The position numbers and the translations under genes are program-made. Source: Candidatus Poribacteria bacterium (GTDB taxonomy: Bacteria > Poribacteria > WGA-4E > PCPOR2b). From it: DNA of 64,000 nt. Where the stretch lies: positions 4,160,001 to 4,224,000 of the forward strand of contig OZ242351.1 in NCBI GenBank assembly GCA_965208675.1, read 5' to 3'. The notes under the pieces are model-generated. The model was not told the origin of the DNA. It worked only from the letters and a program-made list of their open reading frames with translations, and ran no database searches. Within the stretch, counting starts at the first letter, position 1. Every line of letters starts with the position of its first letter. This document shows, in pieces, positions 31,801 to 39,603 of the stretch.

Positions 31801-34800
31801 ATGCGCCCGGCGAGCCGAGCATGGCGGAAAAGCTGCTTCGAAAGGAAAGGGGCGGCATAATCGGTATGCTCAGCGCCACTCGTTTGACGTACGGCAGCGG
31901 CAATGATACCCTCAACCGAATAATCTTCGATGATCTTTTTAAGCGCAATGTGCGCGGACTTGGCGAACTCAGCTTCGATTCAAAAGTGGAATTACTAATC
32001 CGTGATGGGATTGGCCAGATTGACGTGATGATGGAGTATACCCTCTTCGGCGACCCGGCGATGAATCTAGCAATGGCGGATTATGAGATGCAACCCGAGG
32101 TTAAGACCAAAACGGTAGCGCCGGGTGAAACACTCAGAATCGCTCCGGGTGAGATTTTTGAAGTCGAATACAATCCTGGACGAAAACAGAAACAATTTAC
32201 TCCATTGTCGGATTTTAACGGGACGTTACAAGTTAAAGCCGTGTTCCCCGGTACTTATAAACTTGTTGAGCGAGAGGAAGGCGTGGTTGAGGCTTACTCC
32301 GGCGATGTGGTTATTATGCAGGACACAAGCATCAGAAATGGTAAATTCCCCGAGGTTTCCCTTCCGATACCTAAGGGAATCAGCGCGGGAAATGCCCATG
32401 TTGAATATTACGCTCAGAACGCCTCTCACATTGCTGTTGGCGGTGATTCTTTCACAGTGCTTGTACCGAAAATCCTTGACATACAACCGGAGGTCGTCAG
32501 CGATACGACATTCCGTATTTCAGTACAGGTCTCCGACGAGATTGAAAGCCGGGGAATAAAGAATATCCGTTTAGACTGGCGAAATCCCGTTGCACGGGAA
32601 TGGATGGAGGTTACAATGCACCGAGCGCCATCGCGCGGCAAGGGTTGGTATACAACACCGAAGCCCTTACCCTTGTCCCCTGACGGTGCGCCGATTCGGT
32701 ATGAAATCTTTGTGACAGATATTGATAATCACACGACAGTTTCCGATACACTTGAATTCCGCCCGTTCGTGTTCCCGAACATAAGAGTTGTTAGAGGCCA
32801 AACGTATTCAGACGGTTTAATCTATTACGGCTATTCATACGACACCGAGGCATGGACGTTAAGCGTAGACATTGAACAGGTCGAAGACCTTGAGCTGAAG
32901 GAAAGCGTGGAAGTTGCTTTCTTTGAAGGCAATCCGGATCTTGATGAAGATTATGTTGTCGATTCACATGCTAGTTTGATAGGCAAGGTGTTGATTCGCC
33001 CTAACAGTTGGCAGCGCAGAAATCCGCTTGAACCACACAAGACCACAATCAACGGCAACAGCCAAAAAACCCCGCTAGCGTTTACGGAAACCCCGCTCAA
33101 TACGAACTGGATAGCGACAGCGGCAATCCAGCACGAACTGGAAATGGGCGTCCACGAAATATTTACGTGGGTTGATCCGGTATTTGATTCTGATGTGGAA
33201 TCATCTCAGATTGAGTCCAAACAAGGCAAGCTGCGTGAAGGCGATGAGACAGATAACATCAACGGGCGCCGCATTTCAGTCCAAGGAATAGTTGTCGGCC
33301 AGGCGGATCGGCGTATCTTTAGTCAAGACGGCATCATTGATTTTCGCGTTCCGGCACGCAACATCCCTCAACCCGCTGTGCTGACAATTGCCCCGCTCAC
33401 CGGCAAGGAACAACTTACCTTCACGCAGCAACCAAATCTGAAGCCGATTGGGTTGCCGAACGGAAACGATGCAGTTGCCTACAATGCGGCGCTAGAACCT
33501 GCGCCGTCGGGAGACGTTCAATTAGCGGCGCCCATTATAGCGGAACTTCGTTTTGATTTAGAAGCATTGCGGATGACTGTCAGGGAAGAACTCGGCTTAA
33601 CAGAGATTTACAATCTTGAACTGGATCAGGTAAATGCCATTAACGAAGGGGCTGAGCAGCAAGCCAAGGAGATTGGCATGTACCTCTGGTTAGAGGGTTT
33701 GGAAAAATGGGTTCGGTTAAATTCGGAGTTGGTCCTTGCCTCCGATACGTCCATGGAGCTGCAACAGGTTCTATCCAGCGTCAGTGAATCCAATCGCGGA
33801 AATGGAGAAATCAACGGCGTTCAAATTGCGCCGACGGGCGCCGAACTGGGCAAATGGGTATTGGCTTTCACATCTCCTAGCACCTACCGCCTAATGGTTA
33901 GCAAGAACGAAGAGCCGTTAGAGGTGGTCAATCCGAATCGCAATCTGGAACAATTCGTAGAAACGCCTGGGCGGCCGAGTTTGGATTACGAAAATGACCT
34001 TAAAATCGGTGTAAGCCCGGGCGAAACTGATTTTGAATTTGGTGATATATTAACCTTCGAAATTGCGTTAATCGATAATGCGGACAGTGGATCCCCCGGA
34101 CTTTACGCCTCATCGTTCAAGGAGCGAAACAGTGGCACGGGTACAATCCAGTACATTCGTCTCGATCCGAATTCGTCCATACCTTCAGATCGGTGGGTGA
34201 TTCTGTTTATGGATTCAAATCGTTTTCGGGTGGAAGGAGAAAAAACCGGTATACTGTCAGAGAACGGCCGCCCCATCATGGGAAAAATCGGGGAAGAGTT
34301 TTCTTTTGCTGAATATGGATTGACACTCAGGCTTTTGGCAGGCGAGGGGAATTTTGAGCCGGGTGACAGTTTTCGGTTCGAAACGAAAGGGGTCGGACGG
34401 GTCCGCGCGGAAGTCCCGATACTCGGTAGGATGGCATTGATGCGAAGCAGCGATACTATCCCGCCGGATCTTCAATTGACCGTCGGCAAGCAGAACTTTA
34501 TTGATGGCGATCCGGTTTCAAAAGAACCTTTGATTCAAGCCACTCTGACTGACAACAGCGGTATTGATTACATCACGCGTGCGATTTCGTTAGAAATCAG
34601 CCAGGACAACCGAGAATTTAAGCTGATTCCACAAACGGAGTACCGCATGAGTCATCGCCCAGGTTCAAACCAAGTTGTTTTGAATTACCAATCTCCCGAA
34701 TTAGAGCCCGGTACATACCAAGTTCGCCTTACGGCAAGTGATGTTGAGGGAAATGAATCAGTAGATGAGATTGAGTTCCGTGTGCACAAAATTCTTCAAT

Positions 34801-35087
34801 TGCTCAGGGCAATGAATTTCGAGAATCCATTTCGCCATGAGACGACTATTACTTGTGAGCTTACTAGCGCTGCAGATTACGTGACCATGAAGATTTACAG
34901 CGTGTCGGGGCGATTGGTGCGCGAATTCGAAGAAGCAGCCCCCGCCGGATTCATGATGGTACACTGGGATGGGCTTGATGAGGATGGCGAAGAAGTAGCG
35001 AACGGGGTTTATTACTGCAAAATCCGTGTCATGATGTCCGGTCAAAAAGATCTCACTGATTATATCAAGATGATGAAATTGAAGTGA
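28812..35087 (+). CDS. C25 (gingipain/PorU-like) cysteine peptidase, 2091 aa, with C25 propeptide and FlgD-Ig/CTD tail
   Basis: Propeptide GNPRLPV..VMLGVP; ADYLIISH, VVDVNQIYNTFSNG, YLVIMGDG, VGRL, catalytic YAGHGG and LSCYNG, LFGDPA; PorU-like DTIPP...LTDNSGID; tail NFENPF...KIYSVSGRLV...WDGLDEDGEEVANGVYY. Confidence 0.9.
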   Translation: MNQCHFRAYMSADVCQTHVRFVQSCISQWGSIRVLILLILFSGFVSDIFAATGHSAVQAASDSNGITVEFDLPELDVSTVEHAGVQYRSVRYKESGFTNEAGNPRLPVTRVMLGVPPNASFHIEVTQAAYRARRISRISPVPRRVPQTGSKGIQNLVDEWREDGVAYQSGGAHYPESLAEIVYEGAIRSQRVILLELRPVQYQPRTRSLRIYPRLAVRVHFDYTPNRPRASGFSGSPTNRSLSMRSSVEPVVFERMFQRQLLNYDEARRWRVPREQRIPSAPSLQHPTVDGRYKILIDKTGIYRLTSEELLRSWNVDLRDIDPRYLHLRRYGADHGNAGQEIPMYIQGETDGRFDIGDYLEFFGLDAASRYTRWNVYWLTVERTRGKRVAEINAHPGDPRAKTVPVFRSKVVFEEDHLTSNLEHVSPAVVSPGNKHGWFESLDFWYWTGIKNAGDYNDDNLEFPLYDLTQSFVQPKIRVLLQGGAPTRHEILVSVNGIRIDNAKWSDQNVAAVERTLRAWDNLRDFSKNERNVLTITRVDTTTEDDTTRYPYHAYINSFEVEYTRLLKAVNDYLAFSSPASTDTYAVRKHRTLEYTVQSFLSPDVEIFEYDSENLTAKLQNPKIDRVHLNRADRDRLRLITQESRDVGEGQEQIISLGDIPRAAYNATFHAPDSHDAKFLAVSSAGVRRPVDVEYVPPTDLLSPSNGADYLIISHPVFSEASHKLAEWRSASKGGGHRAKVVDVNQIYNTFSNGMVDPKAIKAFLTYAYKHWEQPALSYLVIMGDGTFDYRGTDEEIYPDAPELLGYIPTHYIWTSSFGRTSIDHWYATVSGIDELADFYVGRLSAETPESANEIVEKIINYEGTRPNGSWRRQIISVADDEVNNSGDFIFKKSLTEVAQSHTLLGYETKRIFLEDIIKEVNANPEAYGSKLPKHVAKDLIIDTMGKGAVIAQYAGHGGRIVWAHEAIFDNASVDRVDQTEHLPFMLVLSCYNGYFDAPGEPSMAEKLLRKERGGIIGMLSATRLTYGSGNDTLNRIIFDDLFKRNVRGLGELSFDSKVELLIRDGIGQIDVMMEYTLFGDPAMNLAMADYEMQPEVKTKTVAPGETLRIAPGEIFEVEYNPGRKQKQFTPLSDFNGTLQVKAVFPGTYKLVEREEGVVEAYSGDVVIMQDTSIRNGKFPEVSLPIPKGISAGNAHVEYYAQNASHIAVGGDSFTVLVPKILDIQPEVVSDTTFRISVQVSDEIESRGIKNIRLDWRNPVAREWMEVTMHRAPSRGKGWYTTPKPLPLSPDGAPIRYEIFVTDIDNHTTVSDTLEFRPFVFPNIRVVRGQTYSDGLIYYGYSYDTEAWTLSVDIEQVEDLELKESVEVAFFEGNPDLDEDYVVDSHASLIGKVLIRPNSWQRRNPLEPHKTTINGNSQKTPLAFTETPLNTNWIATAAIQHELEMGVHEIFTWVDPVFDSDVESSQIESKQGKLREGDETDNINGRRISVQGIVVGQADRRIFSQDGIIDFRVPARNIPQPAVLTIAPLTGKEQLTFTQQPNLKPIGLPNGNDAVAYNAALEPAPSGDVQLAAPIIAELRFDLEALRMTVREELGLTEIYNLELDQVNAINEGAEQQAKEIGMYLWLEGLEKWVRLNSELVLASDTSMELQQVLSSVSESNRGNGEINGVQIAPTGAELGKWVLAFTSPSTYRLMVSKNEEPLEVVNPNRNLEQFVETPGRPSLDYENDLKIGVSPGETDFEFGDILTFEIALIDNADSGSPGLYASSFKERNSGTGTIQYIRLDPNSSIPSDRWVILFMDSNRFRVEGEKTGILSENGRPIMGKIGEEFSFAEYGLTLRLLAGEGNFEPGDSFRFETKGVGRVRAEVPILGRMALMRSSDTIPPDLQLTVGKQNFIDGDPVSKEPLIQATLTDNSGIDYITRAISLEISQDNREFKLIPQTEYRMSHRPGSNQVVLNYQSPELEPGTYQVRLTASDVEGNESVDEIEFRVHKILQLLRAMNFENPFRHETTITCELTSAADYVTMKIYSVSGRLVREFEEAAPAGFMMVHWDGLDEDGEEVANGVYYCKIRVMMSGQKDLTDYIKMMKLK

Positions 35088-35168
35088 TGTAAAATCTCTT
35101 TGGCGTTCCGGCGGTCCGATATGTCACCTAACTTAACGGGCGCCAGATTTTGGGGGTGGTATTGTACA

Positions 35169-36146
35169 GTGATAAATGAGAAAGTTGAAAGAGAGAGTGT
35201 TTTTGTTCATCGCATTGAAGATGAAATCGGGAAAGCCATCGTTGGACAGAAGTATTTAATAGAACGGTTGCTGATTGGGATGTTAGCCGACGGACATGTG
35301 CTTTTGGAAGGCGTGCCGGGTTTAGCGAAAACACTGTCTGTCAAGACCCTGTCGCGGGCGATCGAAACAAAGTTTCAGCGCATCCAATTTACACCAGACC
35401 TCCTACCTGCCGATGTAATAGGCACGCTTGTTTTTGACCCACAAGACAGCTCGTTCATCACTAAAAAAGGCCCTATCTTTGCCAATATTATATTAGCCGA
35501 TGAAATCAACAGGGCGCCCGCAAAAGTCCAAAGCGCACTCCTAGAAGCCATGCAGGAGAAGCAGGTAACGATTGGTGAGAAGACGTTTCAACTCGACGAG
35601 CCCTTTTTGGTATTGGCGACGCAAAATCCTATTGAGCAAGAGGGTACTTACCCACTGCCCGAAGCCCAAGTCGATCGATTTATGCTCAAGCTGAATATCG
35701 GTTATCCCACCCGGGAAGAGGAACGGGAGATTATGGAGAGGATGGCTGTCACAAGCACGAACCTCGACATTGACGCGGTTATATCGCCGGCGGATATCCA
35801 CGCCGCAAGGAAAGTTGTCGACGAAATATACTTGGACGAGAAAATCAAGAACTACATCATAGACCTGGTATTTGCCACTAGGGAACCGGCATCCTACGAT
35901 AGTCTTGGCGACTTGGATCGACTCATCGAATACGGCGCTTCCCCGCGCGCGACCATCTATTTGGCCACAGCTGCCAAAGCGCACGCTTTTATACGGGGGA
36001 GAGGTTACGTCACGCCTCAAGATGTCAAGTCAATCGGAATGGAGGTGCTGCGGCATCGAGTTATCATCACTTACGAAGCGGAAGCAGAAGAGATAACCTC
36101 CGAGGATATTGTCTCGAAAATCTTTAGCGAAGTGGAAGTGCCATAA
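35169..36146 (+). CDS. moxR: MoxR-family AAA+ ATPase
   Basis: GHVLLEGVPGLAKT, RIQFTPDLLPAD, DEINRAPAKVQSALLEAMQE, TQNPIEQEGTYPLPEAQVDRF, GASPRA; start uncertain. Confidence 0.95.
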   Translation: MINEKVERESVFVHRIEDEIGKAIVGQKYLIERLLIGMLADGHVLLEGVPGLAKTLSVKTLSRAIETKFQRIQFTPDLLPADVIGTLVFDPQDSSFITKKGPIFANIILADEINRAPAKVQSALLEAMQEKQVTIGEKTFQLDEPFLVLATQNPIEQEGTYPLPEAQVDRFMLKLNIGYPTREEEREIMERMAVTSTNLDIDAVISPADIHAARKVVDEIYLDEKIKNYIIDLVFATREPASYDSLGDLDRLIEYGASPRATIYLATAAKAHAFIRGRGYVTPQDVKSIGMEVLRHRVIITYEAEAEEITSEDIVSKIFSEVEVP

Positions 36147-36221
36147 GCGGGAAGGTTTTGCGGCAGCACCGTGACTTTATTGCGGCTTGCGGTCCGCTAA
36201 AGGAATCGTTGGTTCAACATT

Positions 36222-37001
36222 ATGAAACGGCTGCTCGAACTTAATGTTGTATTAATTTTTCTGTTTCTTTACGCGCCAATTTTGACGTTAATCGTATTCT
36301 CGTTCAACACTACAGAGCCATCTGCTGCTTGGGGGCCGCTCAGTTGGTATGCGAAGCTGTTTAAAAACCGCGACTTGTGGCACGCCTGCCGGATCAGCCT
36401 CATTGTAGCGGGGTGTTCAACCGCCATCGCAACAATTATTGGAACGATGGCTGCATTTGCCGTTGAGAGGTACCGTTTTCCACTTCGACTTGCCATGACG
36501 AGAGCGCTCTTTCTGCCGATTATCATACCGGACATTGTGATGGCAATTGCGCTCTTGACGTTTTACGTTCAGGTTCACCTTCCGCTAGGACTCGTTTCGA
36601 TTGTTGTAGCGCACGTTGCGTTCAGTATCTCGTATGTTTTGATAGTCGTTCGTGCACGACTGAAGGGATTTGACAGGTCCTTCGAGGAAGCCGCGTTGGA
36701 TCTCGGCGCGAACAGATGGAACACGTTCAGGCATATCACCCTACCGCTCATCGCACCGGGCGTCATTGGCGGCGCGCTGCTGGCGTTTACGCTGTCAATT
36801 GACGATTTTGTGATTACATTCTTTACGGCAGGCGTCGGTTACACGACCTTACCCGTTCGTGTTTACTCGACGCTAAAGTTTGGAATCACGCCGGAGCTCA
36901 ATGCCTTATCAACGCTGCTGCTGTTGAATTCTATCGGTCTTGTTATTTTATCGCTGAAGTTTCAAGGAGGGAGTGGGAGGGAGGTAATGAGTAATGAGTA
37001 A
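36222..37001 (+). CDS. potC: spermidine/putrescine ABC transporter permease
   Basis: FLFLYAPI, EEAALDLGA (EAA loop), SIDDFVITFF, TPELNAL. Confidence 0.88.
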   Translation: MKRLLELNVVLIFLFLYAPILTLIVFSFNTTEPSAAWGPLSWYAKLFKNRDLWHACRISLIVAGCSTAIATIIGTMAAFAVERYRFPLRLAMTRALFLPIIIPDIVMAIALLTFYVQVHLPLGLVSIVVAHVAFSISYVLIVVRARLKGFDRSFEEAALDLGANRWNTFRHITLPLIAPGVIGGALLAFTLSIDDFVITFFTAGVGYTTLPVRVYSTLKFGITPELNALSTLLLLNSIGLVILSLKFQGGSGREVMSNE

Positions 37002-37016
37002 TGCGTAATGCGTAAG
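36984..37016. repeat. heptamer tandem repeat (GTAATGA/GTAATGC) x4 plus a partial copy
   Basis: GTAATGA GTAATGA GTAATGC GTAATGC GTAAG spanning the potC stop codon. Confidence 0.85.
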
Positions 37017-37075
37017 GTCGGGGAAATACTCGTTTTCGAACAACAGTTTAGCTGCTGAAGCGGGGCGGCCTGTGG

Positions 37076-37987
37076 TTAATGGCCTGTCGTTTCGTGGTCA
37101 CTGGCGATAATTTCTGTGCCGATTCCTTCTGAAGTAAAGACTTCCAGCAATATTGCGTGGCTGATTCTGCCGTCAATGATGTGTGTCTTTTTGACGCCGC
37201 GTTCGAGCGCCGTGACGCATGCTTCGACTTTTGGCAGCATACCGCTGCTGATGACACCGGCAGCGATCAGCTGCTCAATATCATCAACTTTAATGGTCGA
37301 AATCAGCGTCGCCTCATCGTCCATCTGCCGTAGGATGCCGCGCTGATTTGTTAGCAGAATGAGTTTTTCAGCCTGAAGCGCCGCCGCAATTTCCCCCGCG
37401 GTGATATCAGCATTGATGTTGTAGGTGCAGCCATCTTCCCCAATACCGCTTGGCGCAATCACGGGGACATACCCCGCCTGATCCAGGGCAATTATAACTT
37501 CAGGGTTTACCTTTACAATGTCACCTACAAAGCCGAGATCGACAGTTGATGTGCCGCCATGCTCATCGACGATGAGGGCGACATGTTTTGATGCACGGAT
37601 AAGGTTGGCATCTTTTCCACAGAGTCCGACTGCACTCCCGCCATGCTGATTAATTAGTGAAACGATTTCCTTGTTAATTGCGCCAGCTAACACCATTTCA
37701 GCGATCTCGATCGTCTCTCGATCTGTTACCCGCAGCCCCTGCACAAACTCAGCCTCTTTGCCGATTCGCTTCATCCAACCGCTGATTTGGGCGCCGCCGC
37801 CATGGACAACCACAGGTTGCATGCCGATGTATTTCAATAATACGATGTCCTGCATGACGCTGTGCTTGAGCGATTCCTGTTCCATCGCAGAGCCGCCATA
37901 CTTAATCACGATTGTCTTTCCCGAAAATCGGCGGATGTACGGCAAAGCCTCAATCAAGATATCTGCTTTTTTTACGAGTTCATCCAT
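37076..37987 (-). CDS. argB: acetylglutamate kinase
   Basis: EALPYI, VIKYGG, VVHGGG, GLRVTD, YNINAD, GMLPK, IIDGR. Confidence 0.97.
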   Translation of the reverse strand: MDELVKKADILIEALPYIRRFSGKTIVIKYGGSAMEQESLKHSVMQDIVLLKYIGMQPVVVHGGGAQISGWMKRIGKEAEFVQGLRVTDRETIEIAEMVLAGAINKEIVSLINQHGGSAVGLCGKDANLIRASKHVALIVDEHGGTSTVDLGFVGDIVKVNPEVIIALDQAGYVPVIAPSGIGEDGCTYNINADITAGEIAAALQAEKLILLTNQRGILRQMDDEATLISTIKVDDIEQLIAAGVISSGMLPKVEACVTALERGVKKTHIIDGRISHAILLEVFTSEGIGTEIIASDHETTGH

Positions 37988-38086
37988 CTCCGTGTCCCGG
38001 TTGCTATAAATCGATAATCAATGGTGAGTTCATGATTTTTTAGTGATGTGTTTTTATACCTACCGCCGTGCGCTGCCCGCTGTCTG

Positions 38087-39292
38087 TCACGTTCGGTAGT
38101 CTGCGTTAATGCTAATATAATCGTATGAATAGTCGCACGTCCACATGGTGACGGTCGCATCTCCAGCGTTCAAATCGACATCAATTGCCACGGTGTCCTC
38201 GGAGAAGAGGTTTGTTGCGGTTTCCTCATCAAAACCCGCGTCCATACCGTGCTTGACAAGCTGGTAGCCGTTGAGCCGCACGTCAACCTGATACGGATCG
38301 AATTCCGCTTGCGATTTTCCAATCGCCATCAAAATCCTACCCCAATTCGGGTCCGCTCCAAAAACCGCGGTCTTTACGAGCGGCGACTCCGCGATTGCGC
38401 GGGCTGCCATCTCTCCCTCGACTTCATCCTTCGCACCTTTGACAATTACTTCAATTAATTTTGTCGCACCCTCCCCGTCTCGTGCGATCATTTTCGCTAA
38501 CTCTATACAGGCGAACTCCAATCCTTTTTGAAATTCGTCATAATCTTCGCTGCCAACTCTTGATATGATTGGATTTCCTGCGGATCCGGTCGCCAAAAGG
38601 AGCACAGTATCGTTCGTGCTGCTATCCGAATCGACTGTAATTCGGTTGAAAGATTTTGAAACAGCTTCGCGCAGCGCAGTCTGCAACGGTTCAGCGGAGA
38701 TGTTCACATCCGTCATTAGAAAACCGAGCATGGTGGCGAGGTGCGGAGCAATCATCCCTGCGCCTTTCGTCATTCCGCCAATCCTGGCCTTTTTTCCTGC
38801 AATCTCAATCTCAACCGCAAACTCCTTGGGGACGGTATCGGTCGTCATGATGGCGAGGGCGGCGTCATGTCCACTATCAGGCCGCAGTGTCCCCGCTGCG
38901 AGACGAATTCCGTTGTCGATTTTGTCCATTGGCAACTGCACGCCGATGACACCCGTTGACGCGACTAACACGAGGCTTGGATCGATGCCGAGCGCGTTTC
39001 CTGTCAACGCGGTCATCTGCCGCGCATTGGCTAATCCGAGGTCGCCCGTGCATGCATTAGCATTCTTGCTGTTAATTATAATCGCTTGCGCTGTGTGGTC
39101 ATTGAGATGTTCTCGGCACGCCAAAACGACAGGCGCGCAGACACGATTCTTTGTGAAAACGCCCGCCGCAACCGTAGGTGCGTCGGCAGCAATTAAGGCA
39201 ACATCTTTTTCGTTGTCCGGTTTCAGTCCGGCGTGTACCCCCGCTGCACGAATTCCCGGCACCGCTGTGATTCCGCCTTCTATGTGTTTCAT
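38087..39292 (-). CDS. argJ: glutamate N-acetyltransferase / ornithine acetyltransferase
   Basis: NANACTG, STGVIG, IMTTDT, KGAGMIAP.LATML, STNDT, RDGEGATK, DPNWGR; start MKHIEGG at 39292. Confidence 0.97.
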   Translation of the reverse strand: MKHIEGGITAVPGIRAAGVHAGLKPDNEKDVALIAADAPTVAAGVFTKNRVCAPVVLACREHLNDHTAQAIIINSKNANACTGDLGLANARQMTALTGNALGIDPSLVLVASTGVIGVQLPMDKIDNGIRLAAGTLRPDSGHDAALAIMTTDTVPKEFAVEIEIAGKKARIGGMTKGAGMIAPHLATMLGFLMTDVNISAEPLQTALREAVSKSFNRITVDSDSSTNDTVLLLATGSAGNPIISRVGSEDYDEFQKGLEFACIELAKMIARDGEGATKLIEVIVKGAKDEVEGEMAARAIAESPLVKTAVFGADPNWGRILMAIGKSQAEFDPYQVDVRLNGYQLVKHGMDAGFDEETATNLFSEDTVAIDVDLNAGDATVTMWTCDYSYDYISINADYRT

Positions 39293-39358
39293 TAAGACCC
39301 TCTTCCGATAGGTGCTACGAAGCGTTGACATTCGACGTTCTTATTGTCAACCCGCAAA

Positions 39359-39387
39359 ATTATAGCGAGTCGTGTGAGAATTGTCAA
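39359..39387 (-). promoter_or_regulatory. consensus sigma-70 promoter of argJB
   Basis: Minus strand TTGACA (39382-39387), 17 bp, TATAAT (39359-39364). Confidence 0.75.
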
Positions 39388-39464
39388 TTGGATTTCCACA
39401 GGGATAGTGACAATTGAAGGTTCAACGTATAGTGGCGGATGCGCGTCCCGTGCTGTGAGTTTTT

Positions 39465-39527
39465 TACGGCACAAGGAGCTTGCTTACTACTTTATGACTA
39501 CGGCACAGGGCGTGCGGATACTACTTT
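39465..39527. repeat. two REP-like 29-bp direct repeats (TACGGCACA...TACTACTTT)
   Basis: 39465-39493 and 39499-39527; reverse complement contains GTAG plus an imperfect palindrome; degenerate inverted copy near 39429-39456. Confidence 0.6.
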
Positions 39528-39534
39528 TTTTGGA

Positions 39535-39563
39535 TTGCTTGGAGAACGCTTTGGTGATATAAT
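39535..39563 (+). promoter_or_regulatory. sigma-70-type promoter for sppA
   Basis: TTGCTT-17 bp-TATAAT with extended TG. Confidence 0.55.
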
Positions 39564-39603
39564 GCCACAAAAAACAGTGGCCAGACGCCGGGGTCGGTAA
39601 GAT

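Noticed and set aside
38565-39311. 248-aa antisense ORF opposite argJ
   Set aside because: Codon-bias shadow of a conserved gene
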